This document shows positions 9,850-19,017 of a stretch of 64,000 nt of DNA, piece after piece. Location of the stretch: IMG/VR virus record IMGVR_UViG_3300027413_000002; one strand, given 5' to 3'. The stretch's first letter is position 1. Every line of letters begins with the position of its first letter. Source of the stretch: a virus. Made by a program: the position numbers and the translations under genes. The notes under the pieces are model-generated. The model was given only the letters and a program-made list of their open reading frames with translations. It was not told where the DNA came from and ran no database searches.

Positions 9850-9874
9850 AAAAAGGGACTCCGAAGAGTCCCTT
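9848..9874 (-). terminator. rho-independent terminator (TTCG loop) between convergent units
   Basis: AAGGGACTC-CGAA-GAGTCCCTT with an A-run giving a U-tail on the minus strand. Confidence 0.85.
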
Positions 9875-9927
9875 ATAACCGCATTGCATTTAGGCACGAG
9901 CGGTTTGTCCCAAGGTAGTGGGATTCT

Positions 9928-10839
9928 TTAGTCGTCTTCAGCCAACTTAGCAAAGTAAGACAAAGTGTCATCCTCGCTTTCATCAACATTAGACGCTACC
10001 GATACTGATGGTTTTGATTCCATGTAAAGTTGGTCTTCAACATCACCAGTTTGTTCAGCGACTTTCTCAGCAGTGGTAACTTTCGCTCCACCAGTAAGAA
10101 CCATGTTCAGCTTCTGCTTCAACTCATCATAAGTCTTGAAGTTTTTAGGGTCAACAATCTCAGCTAGTGATTCTTGTTTCGCCCAGATACCTTCAATGTC
10201 TGCATCTTCAGGTGCGATAGGAGTTGGAGTAGATTCAAACTCAGACTTATCATAGTTACGATAGCCATCAACCTGTCGCGCCTTCAATTTAAAGTTTACA
10301 CCTTCCCAGAAATCAAAAGGATTTACTGGAGTCTCATCTTCAAACTGAGGTTGCATAACGTCTTTGATTTTGTCAAAGATTTTCTTACCGAACTTGTAAA
10401 GCATAACCTGTCCCTCGTTTTGAGGATTAGCAGGATCCTTTACAACAAGAACATTAGCATAGTAAGAGAGGCGACGCTTCTGCTTACGAGCCAGATCTTT
10501 GTTGGCATCCGTGCCGCTGTTCCACAACTCGCTGTTGAGTTCTGATACAGGGTCTTGTTGGTTCAGAGTAGTGAGTGAATTTTCGATGTACCACTTACCA
10601 GTTGGACCTTGGAAGCCATGGTTGAACATACGAACCCATGGTAATTCCTCGCCCTGTGGCGCAGGCAAAAAACGAAGAACGGCATAACCATTACCAGCGG
10701 AATCTACTTTCAGCTTCCACTCGTTTCCGTCATCTTTTTTGTAGTTGTTTTGGGGGGCATCAATTTTTTCGACTTCTTTCATTAGGTTATCGAAAGAGCC
10801 TCTTGCTTTACGCAAGTCAGATAGTGAATTAAACGACAT
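9928..10839 (-). CDS. gp32: single-stranded DNA-binding protein gp32
   Basis: GNGYAVLRFLPAP, HGFQGPTGKWYIENSLTTL, FDFWEGVNFKLK, NYDKSEF, LSYFAKLA. Confidence 0.97.
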   Translation of the reverse strand: MSFNSLSDLRKARGSFDNLMKEVEKIDAPQNNYKKDDGNEWKLKVDSAGNGYAVLRFLPAPQGEELPWVRMFNHGFQGPTGKWYIENSLTTLNQQDPVSELNSELWNSGTDANKDLARKQKRRLSYYANVLVVKDPANPQNEGQVMLYKFGKKIFDKIKDVMQPQFEDETPVNPFDFWEGVNFKLKARQVDGYRNYDKSEFESTPTPIAPEDADIEGIWAKQESLAEIVDPKNFKTYDELKQKLNMVLTGGAKVTTAEKVAEQTGDVEDQLYMESKPSVSVASNVDESEDDTLSYFAKLAEDD

Positions 10840-10910
10840 ATGTATCTCCTGTGTATACGTTGTATTTGCGTTGTATGATTTGTCCTATATCAGCGGACGA
10901 GTTATTTATA
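10840..10910 (-). promoter_or_regulatory. gp32 late promoter and putative autoregulatory leader
   Basis: TATAAATA 10903-10910, GTCC/GGAC hairpin, ATACAACG repeats, AGGAG SD. Confidence 0.55.
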
Positions 10911-11474
10911 AAGATTCTCACCTACATTCCTCATCTTGTCTGTTAATTTGACAAACGGTCGATATTTCTTAACGAGTAAATTGATACTCTCTAAGAAGAT
11001 ATCATCACTATTATCGCTCATTTTAAACAATTTGTCAAGCAAAACTAGCGTCTCAATTGATATTTTTTTACCAAGATATAGACGATAGACCAATGCGTGA
11101 TGACCTTGATCAGCGATAAATGGATCGGGGATGGATTCTTTTTCCATCTCCAGTTTTATCAATTCGATGTCTTGTTCGAACTGATAATCTCTTCTTGCCT
11201 TGCGTGTCTTCCATTCTTTATATACTTCGGAAGCGTGTGAGTCAAACATCCCGCCCCACTTATCTCCAGAAACAAAGTTGGCGACCAACAAGTCAATGAT
11301 TTCTTTTTTCTTATAGTCCCTTGCAAGTTTACGCATTGCAATAATATCTTTCCTTTTCAGGAATGCTTTCTGACTCGCCTTCACAGCACCACGTGTTTTT
11401 GTGATGTCATACTTCTCAGTCGTGAAGTGGAGTTTGAGAGCAAGATACAACTTGTAAACCTCAAATGGATCCAT
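10902..11474 (-). CDS. gp59: helicase loader gp59
   Basis: FEVYKLYLALKLHFTTEKYDI, FLKRKD, ISIETLVLLD; adjacent to gp32. Confidence 0.88.
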   Translation of the reverse strand: MDPFEVYKLYLALKLHFTTEKYDITKTRGAVKASQKAFLKRKDIIAMRKLARDYKKKEIIDLLVANFVSGDKWGGMFDSHASEVYKEWKTRKARRDYQFEQDIELIKLEMEKESIPDPFIADQGHHALVYRLYLGKKISIETLVLLDKLFKMSDNSDDIFLESINLLVKKYRPFVKLTDKMRNVGENLYK

Positions 11475-11770
11475 TACAGAGGCAACTTCCCAGACTTCTC
11501 AAACTTCAGAAGGTTGAGTTCTGATGCCTCCACTTTAATCTTATCTTTCAAAGATGTTGTAAGCAGTTTCTTTACGGATTCAATCTCCATCGTATTCTTC
11601 TCACAGAAGGCAACAATAGTATCAATGTATCCAGAACCAGTCCGCACTGCTTCTTTCTCGATGTGTTGAGAGAAGTCCGAGGAACTTTTAAACTGCTTGG
11701 TGATTAAGTATTGATCTGTGACTTGGGATGCATCCGTCGTCATATCATTATCAACTACTACTTTCGGCAT
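11474..11770 (-). CDS. gp33: late transcription coactivator gp33
   Basis: FSQHIE, YIDTIVAFCEKN, LKDKIKVEASELNLL, KLPL; start at MPKV 11770. Confidence 0.88.
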   Translation of the reverse strand: MPKVVVDNDMTTDASQVTDQYLITKQFKSSSDFSQHIEKEAVRTGSGYIDTIVAFCEKNTMEIESVKKLLTTSLKDKIKVEASELNLLKFEKSGKLPL

Positions 11771-12596
11771 TGTGTAGTCTCCCTTTCCAATCTCTAATAT
11801 ATTCAATGACATCATGGCTCCGTTTAATATAGGGTTCATTACAAATAGTATGTTCAGCTTCACCTTTACGGTCAAACTCATAGACAACAGGGTGATTAAA
11901 TGCCTCTGCTATCTGATTAATTGTGTATGGATGGTTAGATCCGAAATGTGCTTCTCTCATTTTCTTTCCAGCAACAACAAGATTACACACTCCCATCGCG
12001 ACATCCTCTACATGAGTAAAATCTCTCGACTTCTTTCCTGTTCCAAAGACTCGCAGACTATCGCCTTTAAGGATTTGATTCTTAAATGCTCTGATCACAG
12101 TACTGTGTTCTCCATAGTCTGCTTCCCTTGGACCATATACATTATAAAAGAACATGAGGTGAAAGTCAAGGGAATAATGCAAATTATAAAAATGTAATAC
12201 TTCTTCGCACATCGCCTTACCAAACGTATAAGCATTTGCATATGCGTCGCTAAAATTGACGCTTGAAGACTGAGCAAAGTATAGAGGACATTGGAATCTG
12301 GTTGCCCATTCACACACAGCAACTGTCGGACTCACATTGTTCAGAATAGATTCTGCTGGGTGATCAAATGATGCTCTGACACGTGGCGTATTCGCAAGAT
12401 GAATTATTGCATCACAGGGTGGTGGTGTCACGTCACACACGTTCTCGAAAATATAGCTGACATTAGAATGGTGAGATACATACCTACCATTTCTTCTATC
12501 ATCGATTACTGTTATTCTGTAATCTCCTTCTGCCAGTAGATCGACTACATGACTTCCAATGAATCCACATCCACCTGTAACTACAATATGCATCAT
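11751..12596 (-). CDS. NAD-dependent nucleotide-sugar epimerase/dehydratase
   Basis: VTGGCGFIGSH, YxxxK (YTFGK), FYNVYGP, RDFTHVED. Confidence 0.9.
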   Translation of the reverse strand: MMHIVVTGGCGFIGSHVVDLLAEGDYRITVIDDRRNGRYVSHHSNVSYIFENVCDVTPPPCDAIIHLANTPRVRASFDHPAESILNNVSPTVAVCEWATRFQCPLYFAQSSSVNFSDAYANAYTFGKAMCEEVLHFYNLHYSLDFHLMFFYNVYGPREADYGEHSTVIRAFKNQILKGDSLRVFGTGKKSRDFTHVEDVAMGVCNLVVAGKKMREAHFGSNHPYTINQIAEAFNHPVVYEFDRKGEAEHTICNEPYIKRSHDVIEYIRDWKGRLHNAESSS

Positions 12597-13108
12597 TAGT
12601 TCCTCGGCTTATAAAATATATGTGCGTCAATCTTGGCTGTAATTGTCATGCTCTTATTCCAGTCAGGATCGACATAATCAGCGTGATAAAATAATGCACC
12701 GTCAGTCACATCAAACTTAGACTGCATTGCTTGCTCGGCTAGGATATAGATTTGAATATATCTACTCATATTCTTGATATCATCGCTCTTGCCGTCACAA
12801 TACCAAGAGAATTGACAACGATGTCGATATGGGATATATCTACCAGTCGACTCAACATAATAGTGTGGTGATTCATACACAACCTCACATATAGTGCTCG
12901 GAAATGCGTTAGACCTTTCGCGATTAATTGTAACATTAGCGACCGCCAGCATACCAGCAGTTGATTCGTTTCTTGCTTCGTGGTAGATATTCTGTGCCAA
13001 ACAGGTAGTTTGTATATCCATCTTTGATCCAAGAAGTTTTGTCGTTTCTTCCATTGGATTGGAAGAAATTGCTATCAGGATCGCAAGTAATGGGTCAAGA
13101 AATTTCAT
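12596..13108 (-). CDS. SleB/Hydrolase_2-family cell wall hydrolase
   Basis: CLAQNIYHEARNE, AVANVTINR, CQFSWYCDG, TDGALFYHADYV.P.W, HIFY. Confidence 0.9.
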   Translation of the reverse strand: MKFLDPLLAILIAISSNPMEETTKLLGSKMDIQTTCLAQNIYHEARNESTAGMLAVANVTINRERSNAFPSTICEVVYESPHYYVESTGRYIPYRHRCQFSWYCDGKSDDIKNMSRYIQIYILAEQAMQSKFDVTDGALFYHADYVDPDWNKSMTITAKIDAHIFYKPRN

Positions 13109-13123
13109 AATATAACCTAAAAA

Positions 13124-13711
13124 TTAGAACTTAACGACTACGCTTGTTCCCAAGAAATCGTCAGTCTTGTTGCCATCGCCATCTGTGTTGTATTCGTAAA
13201 ATACACCAACACTCAAAGCATCAGACAATGCATAATCTATTCCAAAATCATTTTGTGATTCATAGAACTCACCATCACTATACACGTCACTATCAATAGC
13301 AAACTTTGGTTTCAAGTCAATGTAAGCACTTAATTTGTCTGTGAGTTGATAATCTGCTGCAATAATTGGTTGCAGGTTTACAAAGTCATCCTTTGCATTT
13401 GACTCGTATGTTTTAATTTCAGTTCGAGGTTTCAGATAGAAATTACCAACTAGATCAATTTTCGGTGCAGTCAATCTATAACGATTCTCTACAGTTCCAC
13501 CACTATCTGTCCAACGATACGTGTAACCCCAACCTGCAAGTTTAGTGTCAAGTTGAACCATGTTATAATCAACGCCAGCAGTATATTTACGGAAAGTGAT
13601 AGATGAGTTTCCTGTTGTAAACTGAATATTGTTTTCGATGTAATCTTCAACGGCATGAGCAGGGGAAATAGAAAATGCGACTGCTGCAGCACCAAGAATC
13701 AATTTGTTCAT
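13124..13711 (-). CDS. outer-membrane beta-barrel protein (porin-like)
   Basis: Signal peptide ending AHA, alternating amphipathic strands, C-terminal Phe (VVVKF). Confidence 0.7.
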   Translation of the reverse strand: MNKLILGAAAVAFSISPAHAVEDYIENNIQFTTGNSSITFRKYTAGVDYNMVQLDTKLAGWGYTYRWTDSGGTVENRYRLTAPKIDLVGNFYLKPRTEIKTYESNAKDDFVNLQPIIAADYQLTDKLSAYIDLKPKFAIDSDVYSDGEFYESQNDFGIDYALSDALSVGVFYEYNTDGDGNKTDDFLGTSVVVKF

Positions 13712-13748
13712 ATGGATTAGTTTCCTAAAAGAGATATATTAAAATAAT

Positions 13749-14035
13749 GGGGACTTCTGTTGCTAGGCGTCCCCTGACCCCGAGAAATTATGCTGCTAGA
13801 GCAAAACCCTCATACGCGAAATTATCGTTTGCGTTTACTTTAGTTTCTTACGATTAAGGTTGCTTGCACACCTGTTCTCCACTTACCGAATCATCCCCTG
13901 TCGAACCTATTCACCCCCATCAAAAACACACTCTTCAACTTGTAACCAACCTGATCTTCCAGAATGTGTTTTTGGTGGAGGTGGCGGGAATCGCACCCGC
14001 GTCCAGAGCAACTTTAAGTTTGCTTCATCGAACCA
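13749..14035 (-). ncRNA. ssrA: circularly permuted two-piece tmRNA
   Basis: Acceptor piece ends GCGGGTGCGATTCCCGCCACCTCCACCA (CCA at 13973); 54-nt intervening segment; coding piece starts GGGGGTGAA at 13918; G3:U70 pair; tag ANDNFAYEGFALAA* at 13832-13788. Confidence 0.93.
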
Positions 14036-14037
14036 GT

Positions 14038-14071
14038 TATTTATAATACATCAAATGAGGTAAAATGTCAA
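14038..14071 (-). promoter_or_regulatory. overlapping sigma70-type (TTGACA-17-TATTAT) and late (TATAAATA) promoters for tmRNA
   Basis: TTGACA 14071-14066, TATTAT 14048-14043, TATAAATA 14045-14038. Confidence 0.7.
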
Positions 14072-15102
14072 GCACATTTACCACAAGTTAGTTTACAAAT
14101 ATCAAACTGCCAATCTTTTGAAATAGTATCTAACATACCAGTTTCATATATTTCTTTCGGGGTGTATTTTTCGAGACTATTGAAGTCTTCCGAATAACCC
14201 TTATCCAAATAGAAAGTTTTCGTGAAGCTGTCGTGTTTGTTGAAACGCCTCGACAGTTCGACAGAATGTGACATATGACAGCACGACCATAGTCTTTTAT
14301 CAGCCGATATGTAAATCTGATGAAAAAAATTAGAGTTACCAATAGAAGCATAGCAATATACTCCTCGATCCGAAGTGATTATATTAGGGGATTCCCAAAA
14401 CGACATTTCTTTAGGATTGCGTTCTAGATTATGGTATTCAAGTTTATCGGTAGTTGTAAGACCACTTGTTGTAGAAGCTGATGCTGGTTCTAATTCGTAA
14501 TCACCGTCCAAAATAAGCAGGTTTTTGTTACCAAACCTATCCGAAAATCTTGGTAAAAACCTCTTAAATCCATAATCTTTGGCAAGTTTAGATGCCTGTT
14601 CCTCTTCGTTCTCATTATGCTTGAACAGCGTCATAACCCAGTTAGCTGAACCGCCTGCATCTATATATGCTCTTGCGTTCCTTATCACAGTTTCGTATCT
14701 CGTGTTTCTTCGGTATTTACTGTGTGAATCATTATTTACGCCATCTATAGCAAAATCCACACGTACATTAGGACGAGTCCCCAACCATTTCCAGAAATCA
14801 ACGCTGAGACCACCACCATTTGTATTAATGGTGATATGTCTTCCCCCCAAAGCAAATATAAACTCTTTTGGGTGTGTGTGCATTACAATATCACCAAAGT
14901 TTCCGTTTACAAGAATACTCACTACTCTTGACATCCATTCATCTTCTAGCAATTTTTTAATATCTTTGGCTGACCATTCTGTAATTTCTAGCGTGGGGTC
15001 TGTGTTCATCGTTGTGTCATGCGTCCTTGTGCATTGAGGACACCTTGCATTGCAAGCTGTGGTAGGCTCTAGATGAATCGACATTGGAAGATGTGAACTC
15101 AT
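14068..15102 (-). CDS. radical SAM protein
   Basis: CNARCPQC, GNFGD, TNGG, FAIDG, C-terminal Cys cluster (SCC...CKLTC). Confidence 0.88.
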   Translation of the reverse strand: MSSHLPMSIHLEPTTACNARCPQCTRTHDTTMNTDPTLEITEWSAKDIKKLLEDEWMSRVVSILVNGNFGDIVMHTHPKEFIFALGGRHITINTNGGGLSVDFWKWLGTRPNVRVDFAIDGVNNDSHSKYRRNTRYETVIRNARAYIDAGGSANWVMTLFKHNENEEEQASKLAKDYGFKRFLPRFSDRFGNKNLLILDGDYELEPASASTTSGLTTTDKLEYHNLERNPKEMSFWESPNIITSDRGVYCYASIGNSNFFHQIYISADKRLWSCCHMSHSVELSRRFNKHDSFTKTFYLDKGYSEDFNSLEKYTPKEIYETGMLDTISKDWQFDICKLTCGKCA

Positions 15103-15108
15103 TTTTAT

Positions 15109-16098
15109 TTACCGTAAATCAAAATCAGTTCCAAGCATATGATCTACCTTTGCATCTGGATCATTGCTCCAAACAAGAACTTCTGGATTATCGTATAAGA
15201 AGTCGCAAGACTTACAATAGTCTGGATAGTCTCCAGTTCTATGACCTTCGCGCAGTTTTTCATACTCCTCGCCAAACCAGATATCTTCTAGACTTAACTC
15301 GTCTGCATGCCCGAGAACAGACTTGGATTCATTGGGTTGCCCCATAGTCTGACAACAAGGTGTAACAGCACCACGATGACCATCATTACCACCAGACCGA
15401 ATCGTAATCTCATTACTGAATGGTCGTCCACAGGTTCTAACATTCTCTGTTTCTCTACCATATTCAGGATCGTAATTGCCGCTCCAGTTGTGCATCTTCC
15501 AGATATAACCAGTGATTCCCATCTTGTTGATAACATTATCCTGATAGAGTTTCACCTCTTCCGCCATCTTATCGTTATCTAAAATTAGATGATATGTGGA
15601 TAGTTCGCAGTCGCTTCCGACTTCTTCAATGTATTGTTTTGCCTCTTGAATACGACCCATCAGATCTTCAAATGTATGTCCTGATTTATTATACATCCAC
15701 TTGTTGTATGTGTCGTGATTATAACCAATGCAGCTGAATCGGATAAACTTAATTCCTGCCATGACGCAGTTCTTTAACAGTTCTCCTGTAAGTTTACTAC
15801 CATTGGTATAAATGAAGCTGTCAAACCCATAATCAGTACAAAGCTGAACATATTTGTATAGATCTTTTGCCATCGTTGGTTCGCCTGAACCCTCGAGGTT
15901 GATGATTGGTTTACCTTTGAGTTGCTTCAGGATATCTTCAAAAAGATCCAGAGACATCTTTCGAGTCCAGTCTTTGCCTCGACCAACGGTCTGGGGGCAC
16001 ATATCGCATTTGAAGTTACAGCCACCGAATACCTCGATGACTGCTCGACCCATCTCAGGTAATGAATTGGATTTGGTGTTTTGAAAGGATTGATTCAT
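15109..16098 (-). CDS. radical SAM/SPASM-twitch protein
   Basis: CNFKCDMC, GSGEP, YTNG, TCGRPF...VTPCC...CKSC. Confidence 0.9.
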   Translation of the reverse strand: MNQSFQNTKSNSLPEMGRAVIEVFGGCNFKCDMCPQTVGRGKDWTRKMSLDLFEDILKQLKGKPIINLEGSGEPTMAKDLYKYVQLCTDYGFDSFIYTNGSKLTGELLKNCVMAGIKFIRFSCIGYNHDTYNKWMYNKSGHTFEDLMGRIQEAKQYIEEVGSDCELSTYHLILDNDKMAEEVKLYQDNVINKMGITGYIWKMHNWSGNYDPEYGRETENVRTCGRPFSNEITIRSGGNDGHRGAVTPCCQTMGQPNESKSVLGHADELSLEDIWFGEEYEKLREGHRTGDYPDYCKSCDFLYDNPEVLVWSNDPDAKVDHMLGTDFDLR

Positions 16099-16870
16099 TA
16101 TATAACTCAAAAAATGGCAGAAGCATATAGGCTCGAAGTTTAGATTCGTCACTTCCGTCCGTTGTAATATTCATCGGTGCGTTGCCGAGAGGAGATACTG
16201 TCTCGCCATTGACGCTTATGTGGTATTTATGTAGAATCTCGAGTAACCTTTCACAAGGTTCTTTACAATGCTCATTATTCTGACCAGATTCGAACAAACA
16301 ATGGGGTATCACTGTTCCTTTCTCAGCGACCCAGTTGATCATATAATCCGCTTGTAAGATATCCTTCGTCCATTTATCGAACTTATCTTTCTTCACGAAT
16401 AGTTCTTTAAATGAAATTCGTTTACCGCCAGTGTTGAATGTGAGAAACTCGACTCTATCGTCTTCAGAACAAAACATCTTCAAGACTTTTTGGCGACCGC
16501 CTCCTGGATGGATGACCCATCTGTCATTTTCTTCTAATGGAAACCAAAAAAGACCCATTGGGTATTTGTAACCCACAGTGAAATAAACTCGCGTCAACCA
16601 AGCAAGTTTTAATGGAATTTCAAAATGTTCTGGAAAGTTATGTGTATCACACCCAATAAGTTTATTAGAATAAAATGAGTTTGATTTACAGGCATAATTA
16701 ATAAACCAATGCTCAAATGAGGTGATTAATTCTGCAACATTGCAATCGAAAGAAACGTCTTTAACTGCAAAGTTTGAAAGACCCCATTTCTCAGATGGAT
16801 CTTTAAACTTTAGCCAGTCTTCCCATGTAAAATTTGGGAGTGTTCGTAAACTATTCTGAGACATTCTCAC
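16055..16870 (-). CDS. hypothetical protein
   Basis: 271-aa ORF overlapping neighbours in the operon. Confidence 0.65.
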   Translation of the reverse strand: MRMSQNSLRTLPNFTWEDWLKFKDPSEKWGLSNFAVKDVSFDCNVAELITSFEHWFINYACKSNSFYSNKLIGCDTHNFPEHFEIPLKLAWLTRVYFTVGYKYPMGLFWFPLEENDRWVIHPGGGRQKVLKMFCSEDDRVEFLTFNTGGKRISFKELFVKKDKFDKWTKDILQADYMINWVAEKGTVIPHCLFESGQNNEHCKEPCERLLEILHKYHISVNGETVSPLGNAPMNITTDGSDESKLRAYMLLPFFELYNESILSKHQIQFIT

Positions 16871-17516
16871 CCTCCCAAGTATCTCTTGCAGACAATAACA
16901 ACTCTACATAGTTGTCTCGTTTCTCAATGAATACTTGGGGATCGTCGCCCTCAACAGCAACCATAATTACACTCTGATCAATAGGGATACCAGTTCTTTC
17001 TTCATACATAACTGCATATGCTGCAGCCTGTGCAAAGTAACTGCCAATCCAGTCTTTTCGTTTTGGTTTAGCGGAGGTCTTGAAATCAATGATAGACAGC
17101 TTACCTTCATACTCAGCAATGCAATCAACTCGCCCTGCTAGTCGTAAATGGTCGCTGTATAGCGCGATCTCTTGACCGTGGATATTATCTATACGGTCTA
17201 ACAGAGGTCTGAAATTCATGAACATCTCCTTATCGAGTAAGGACATATTCGCCATATCAATGTCTTTGTTGTTCAGTATATCCTCGCACAATAAGTGTAT
17301 CTTTGTGCCTCGAGTAGACGCTTGACGACTTACACGGTTGGCGACTTCTTCACCAACGCGATCCTTCCATTTCTGGATAGAATCTCGGGATAGAACATTA
17401 AGGACAGTTGTAACGGAAGGGTATGCCGCACCAGAGTCAGTGAAATAACGTCTACTGCCATCTGGCGCGGTCTTGTCTTGAGCGAAATCAGCGATTTCTT
17501 TTACATGATTAAACAT
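16851..17516 (-). CDS. PD-(D/E)XK exonuclease (Cas4-like, T4-like marine phage type)
   Basis: YPSVTTVL, RGTKIH, AGRVDCIAEY, IIDFKTS, Q..AYA.MYEE. Confidence 0.9.
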   Translation of the reverse strand: MFNHVKEIADFAQDKTAPDGSRRYFTDSGAAYPSVTTVLNVLSRDSIQKWKDRVGEEVANRVSRQASTRGTKIHLLCEDILNNKDIDMANMSLLDKEMFMNFRPLLDRIDNIHGQEIALYSDHLRLAGRVDCIAEYEGKLSIIDFKTSAKPKRKDWIGSYFAQAAAYAVMYEERTGIPIDQSVIMVAVEGDDPQVFIEKRDNYVELLLSARDTWEGENVSE

Positions 17517-17817
17517 TACGTTTCTTTCTTGGTTTGAAACCAAGGGTTTCCATTGCTTCTAGTGGGCTAGTGTTATTGACCAACTCAACGTACTGTTCAA
17601 CTGTACAGTTCTTAACTAGGTAATTCATCCACGACTTCCATGGCTTAGAACCATACTTGAAACGAGCGATGAAAGTGCGTTCTGGCATACCGTACCAGCT
17701 TGGGTGACAGTTAGGAGATACTTGCTCCATAGTGCGTGAACCTTCAAACGCACCCTGATACATCAAGTACATACCGTCCCAGCTAAAAAGGTCTTTATCA
17801 AATCTAGTCATAATCAC
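17509..17817 (-). CDS. hypothetical early protein with its own promoter
   Basis: ORF with GAGAGAG leader and upstream sigma70 promoter. Confidence 0.7.
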   Translation of the reverse strand: MIMTRFDKDLFSWDGMYLMYQGAFEGSRTMEQVSPNCHPSWYGMPERTFIARFKYGSKPWKSWMNYLVKNCTVEQYVELVNNTSPLEAMETLGFKPRKKRNV

Positions 17818-17842
17818 TCTCTCTTCTCTATTTTGTACACCT

Positions 17843-17870
17843 ATTATACATCATCAGAGATAAAAGTCAA
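17843..17870 (-). promoter_or_regulatory. early promoter TTGACT-16-TATAAT
   Basis: Consensus -35/-10 boxes; member of repeated family. Confidence 0.8.
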
Positions 17871-17905
17871 CAACTATTTTTGTCTAAGAGAGAGTTTTTT
17901 ATAAC
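17862..17905. repeat. 44-bp direct repeat, copy 1 (copy 2 at 43958-44001)
   Basis: AAAAGTCAACAACTATTTTTGTCTAAGAGAGAGTTTTTTATAAC identical at both sites. Confidence 0.9.
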
Positions 17906-17913
17906 CTTTTTGA

Positions 17914-18669
17914 CTAAGCGGAATACTGCTCCTCGTACTTCTCCCGAGCAATGATATACTCTTTGACGATCTCGCTTCTGACGATGTCGTCTGGTGTGAA
18001 TTCAAAGGTCTTGAAGGAGGGCATAAGGTCGGCAATCACCATAAACTTCTTCAGTCCAGAGAGGTCTGACCTCTTTGCATAAAGGTCGGACTGCTTGAAG
18101 TCCCCTGCAAAGACTACTTTACTCCGCTGACCGATACGAGTCATGATTGAGTTGAGTTCCATATCGTTCATATTTTGGCACTCATCGACAATAATAATAG
18201 CATCATCGAGTGTAATACCGCGAACAAATGACGTGATCATCCAGTCAATCTTACTTGATTCCTGTAGACGCTCAAATGCCTGTTGCTTGTCTGGGAAGAA
18301 CTCTTGACACATGTCAATATATGGACGCATGTATACTTCTGTCTTCTCCATCTCATTTCCTGGAAGGTGACCGATATCTCGAGATGCAACTGCTGAACGA
18401 CAAATGACAACCTTATTGAATGGGTTGCCTTTATCTAGAACTTCTTCTAGTGCTTTATATAATGCTATGAAGGTTTTACCTGTTCCAGCGGATCCGTGAA
18501 GGAGCATACAGGTGGAGGAGGAATATGCCTCGAAGAAAGATTTTTGTGTCGGTGTTAGTGGGTCGAATACATCTAAATCGCTTATTCTTGGTTGGAGTCT
18601 ATTATTTCCTTTTTTGAAAGATTGCTTGTCATCCTGAATCAATTGTAGACTTGGTTGTTTTTTCGACAT
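17914..18669 (-). CDS. phoH: PhoH-family ATPase
   Basis: GSAGTGKTFIA, IGHLPG, SFVRGITLD, IVDECQN, GDFKQSD, DIVRS. Confidence 0.95.
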   Translation of the reverse strand: MSKKQPSLQLIQDDKQSFKKGNNRLQPRISDLDVFDPLTPTQKSFFEAYSSSTCMLLHGSAGTGKTFIALYKALEEVLDKGNPFNKVVICRSAVASRDIGHLPGNEMEKTEVYMRPYIDMCQEFFPDKQQAFERLQESSKIDWMITSFVRGITLDDAIIIVDECQNMNDMELNSIMTRIGQRSKVVFAGDFKQSDLYAKRSDLSGLKKFMVIADLMPSFKTFEFTPDDIVRSEIVKEYIIAREKYEEQYSA

Positions 18670-18701
18670 TTATAGACCTTGTGGTTAGAGTTGAAGTTTT
18701 A

Positions 18702-19004
18702 TTATGATGATGCTCCCTTAATCGAGGGAGTCACGTCTGTCACATTCCTCATTATATAGTTGATGATAGTCTTTGCATCGTTAGATAACAAAAAGCTGTT
18801 GTTTGCCGCCTTCATACAGTCTAATGTATAATGGGGATCAGCAGATCTTAATTCTTTTTGGGTAAAAGGTTTTTCGCGGTTTCCAAAGATATTGAGGCAG
18901 AACAGAACCATTTCTACTTCTTCTTCGGTGTACAGTTTGATGGCGACCCCCAGAGGTGTCGACCTCCGATACTGTTTAGGAAAGTTTATTATCTTAGCAC
19001 TCAT
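18702..19004 (-). CDS. hypothetical protein
   Basis: 100-aa ORF in operon (KIINFP N-terminus). Confidence 0.65.
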   Translation of the reverse strand: MSAKIINFPKQYRRSTPLGVAIKLYTEEEVEMVLFCLNIFGNREKPFTQKELRSADPHYTLDCMKAANNSFLLSNDAKTIINYIMRNVTDVTPSIKGASS

Positions 19005-19017
19005 CGTTTTTATTTAT

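Noticed and set aside
13973-14005. tRNA gene or att-site remnant
   Set aside because: There is no anticodon arm; the matching 5' acceptor strand and tag frame lie downstream, so it is a permuted tmRNA. No integrase is seen
13860-14063. Two + strand ORFs (67 and 60 aa)
   Set aside because: They are the antisense reading of the tmRNA tRNA-like domain
16851-17516. Cas4 as evidence of a CRISPR system
   Set aside because: It is the standard phoH-linked exonuclease of T4-like marine phages and lacks a four-Cys cluster
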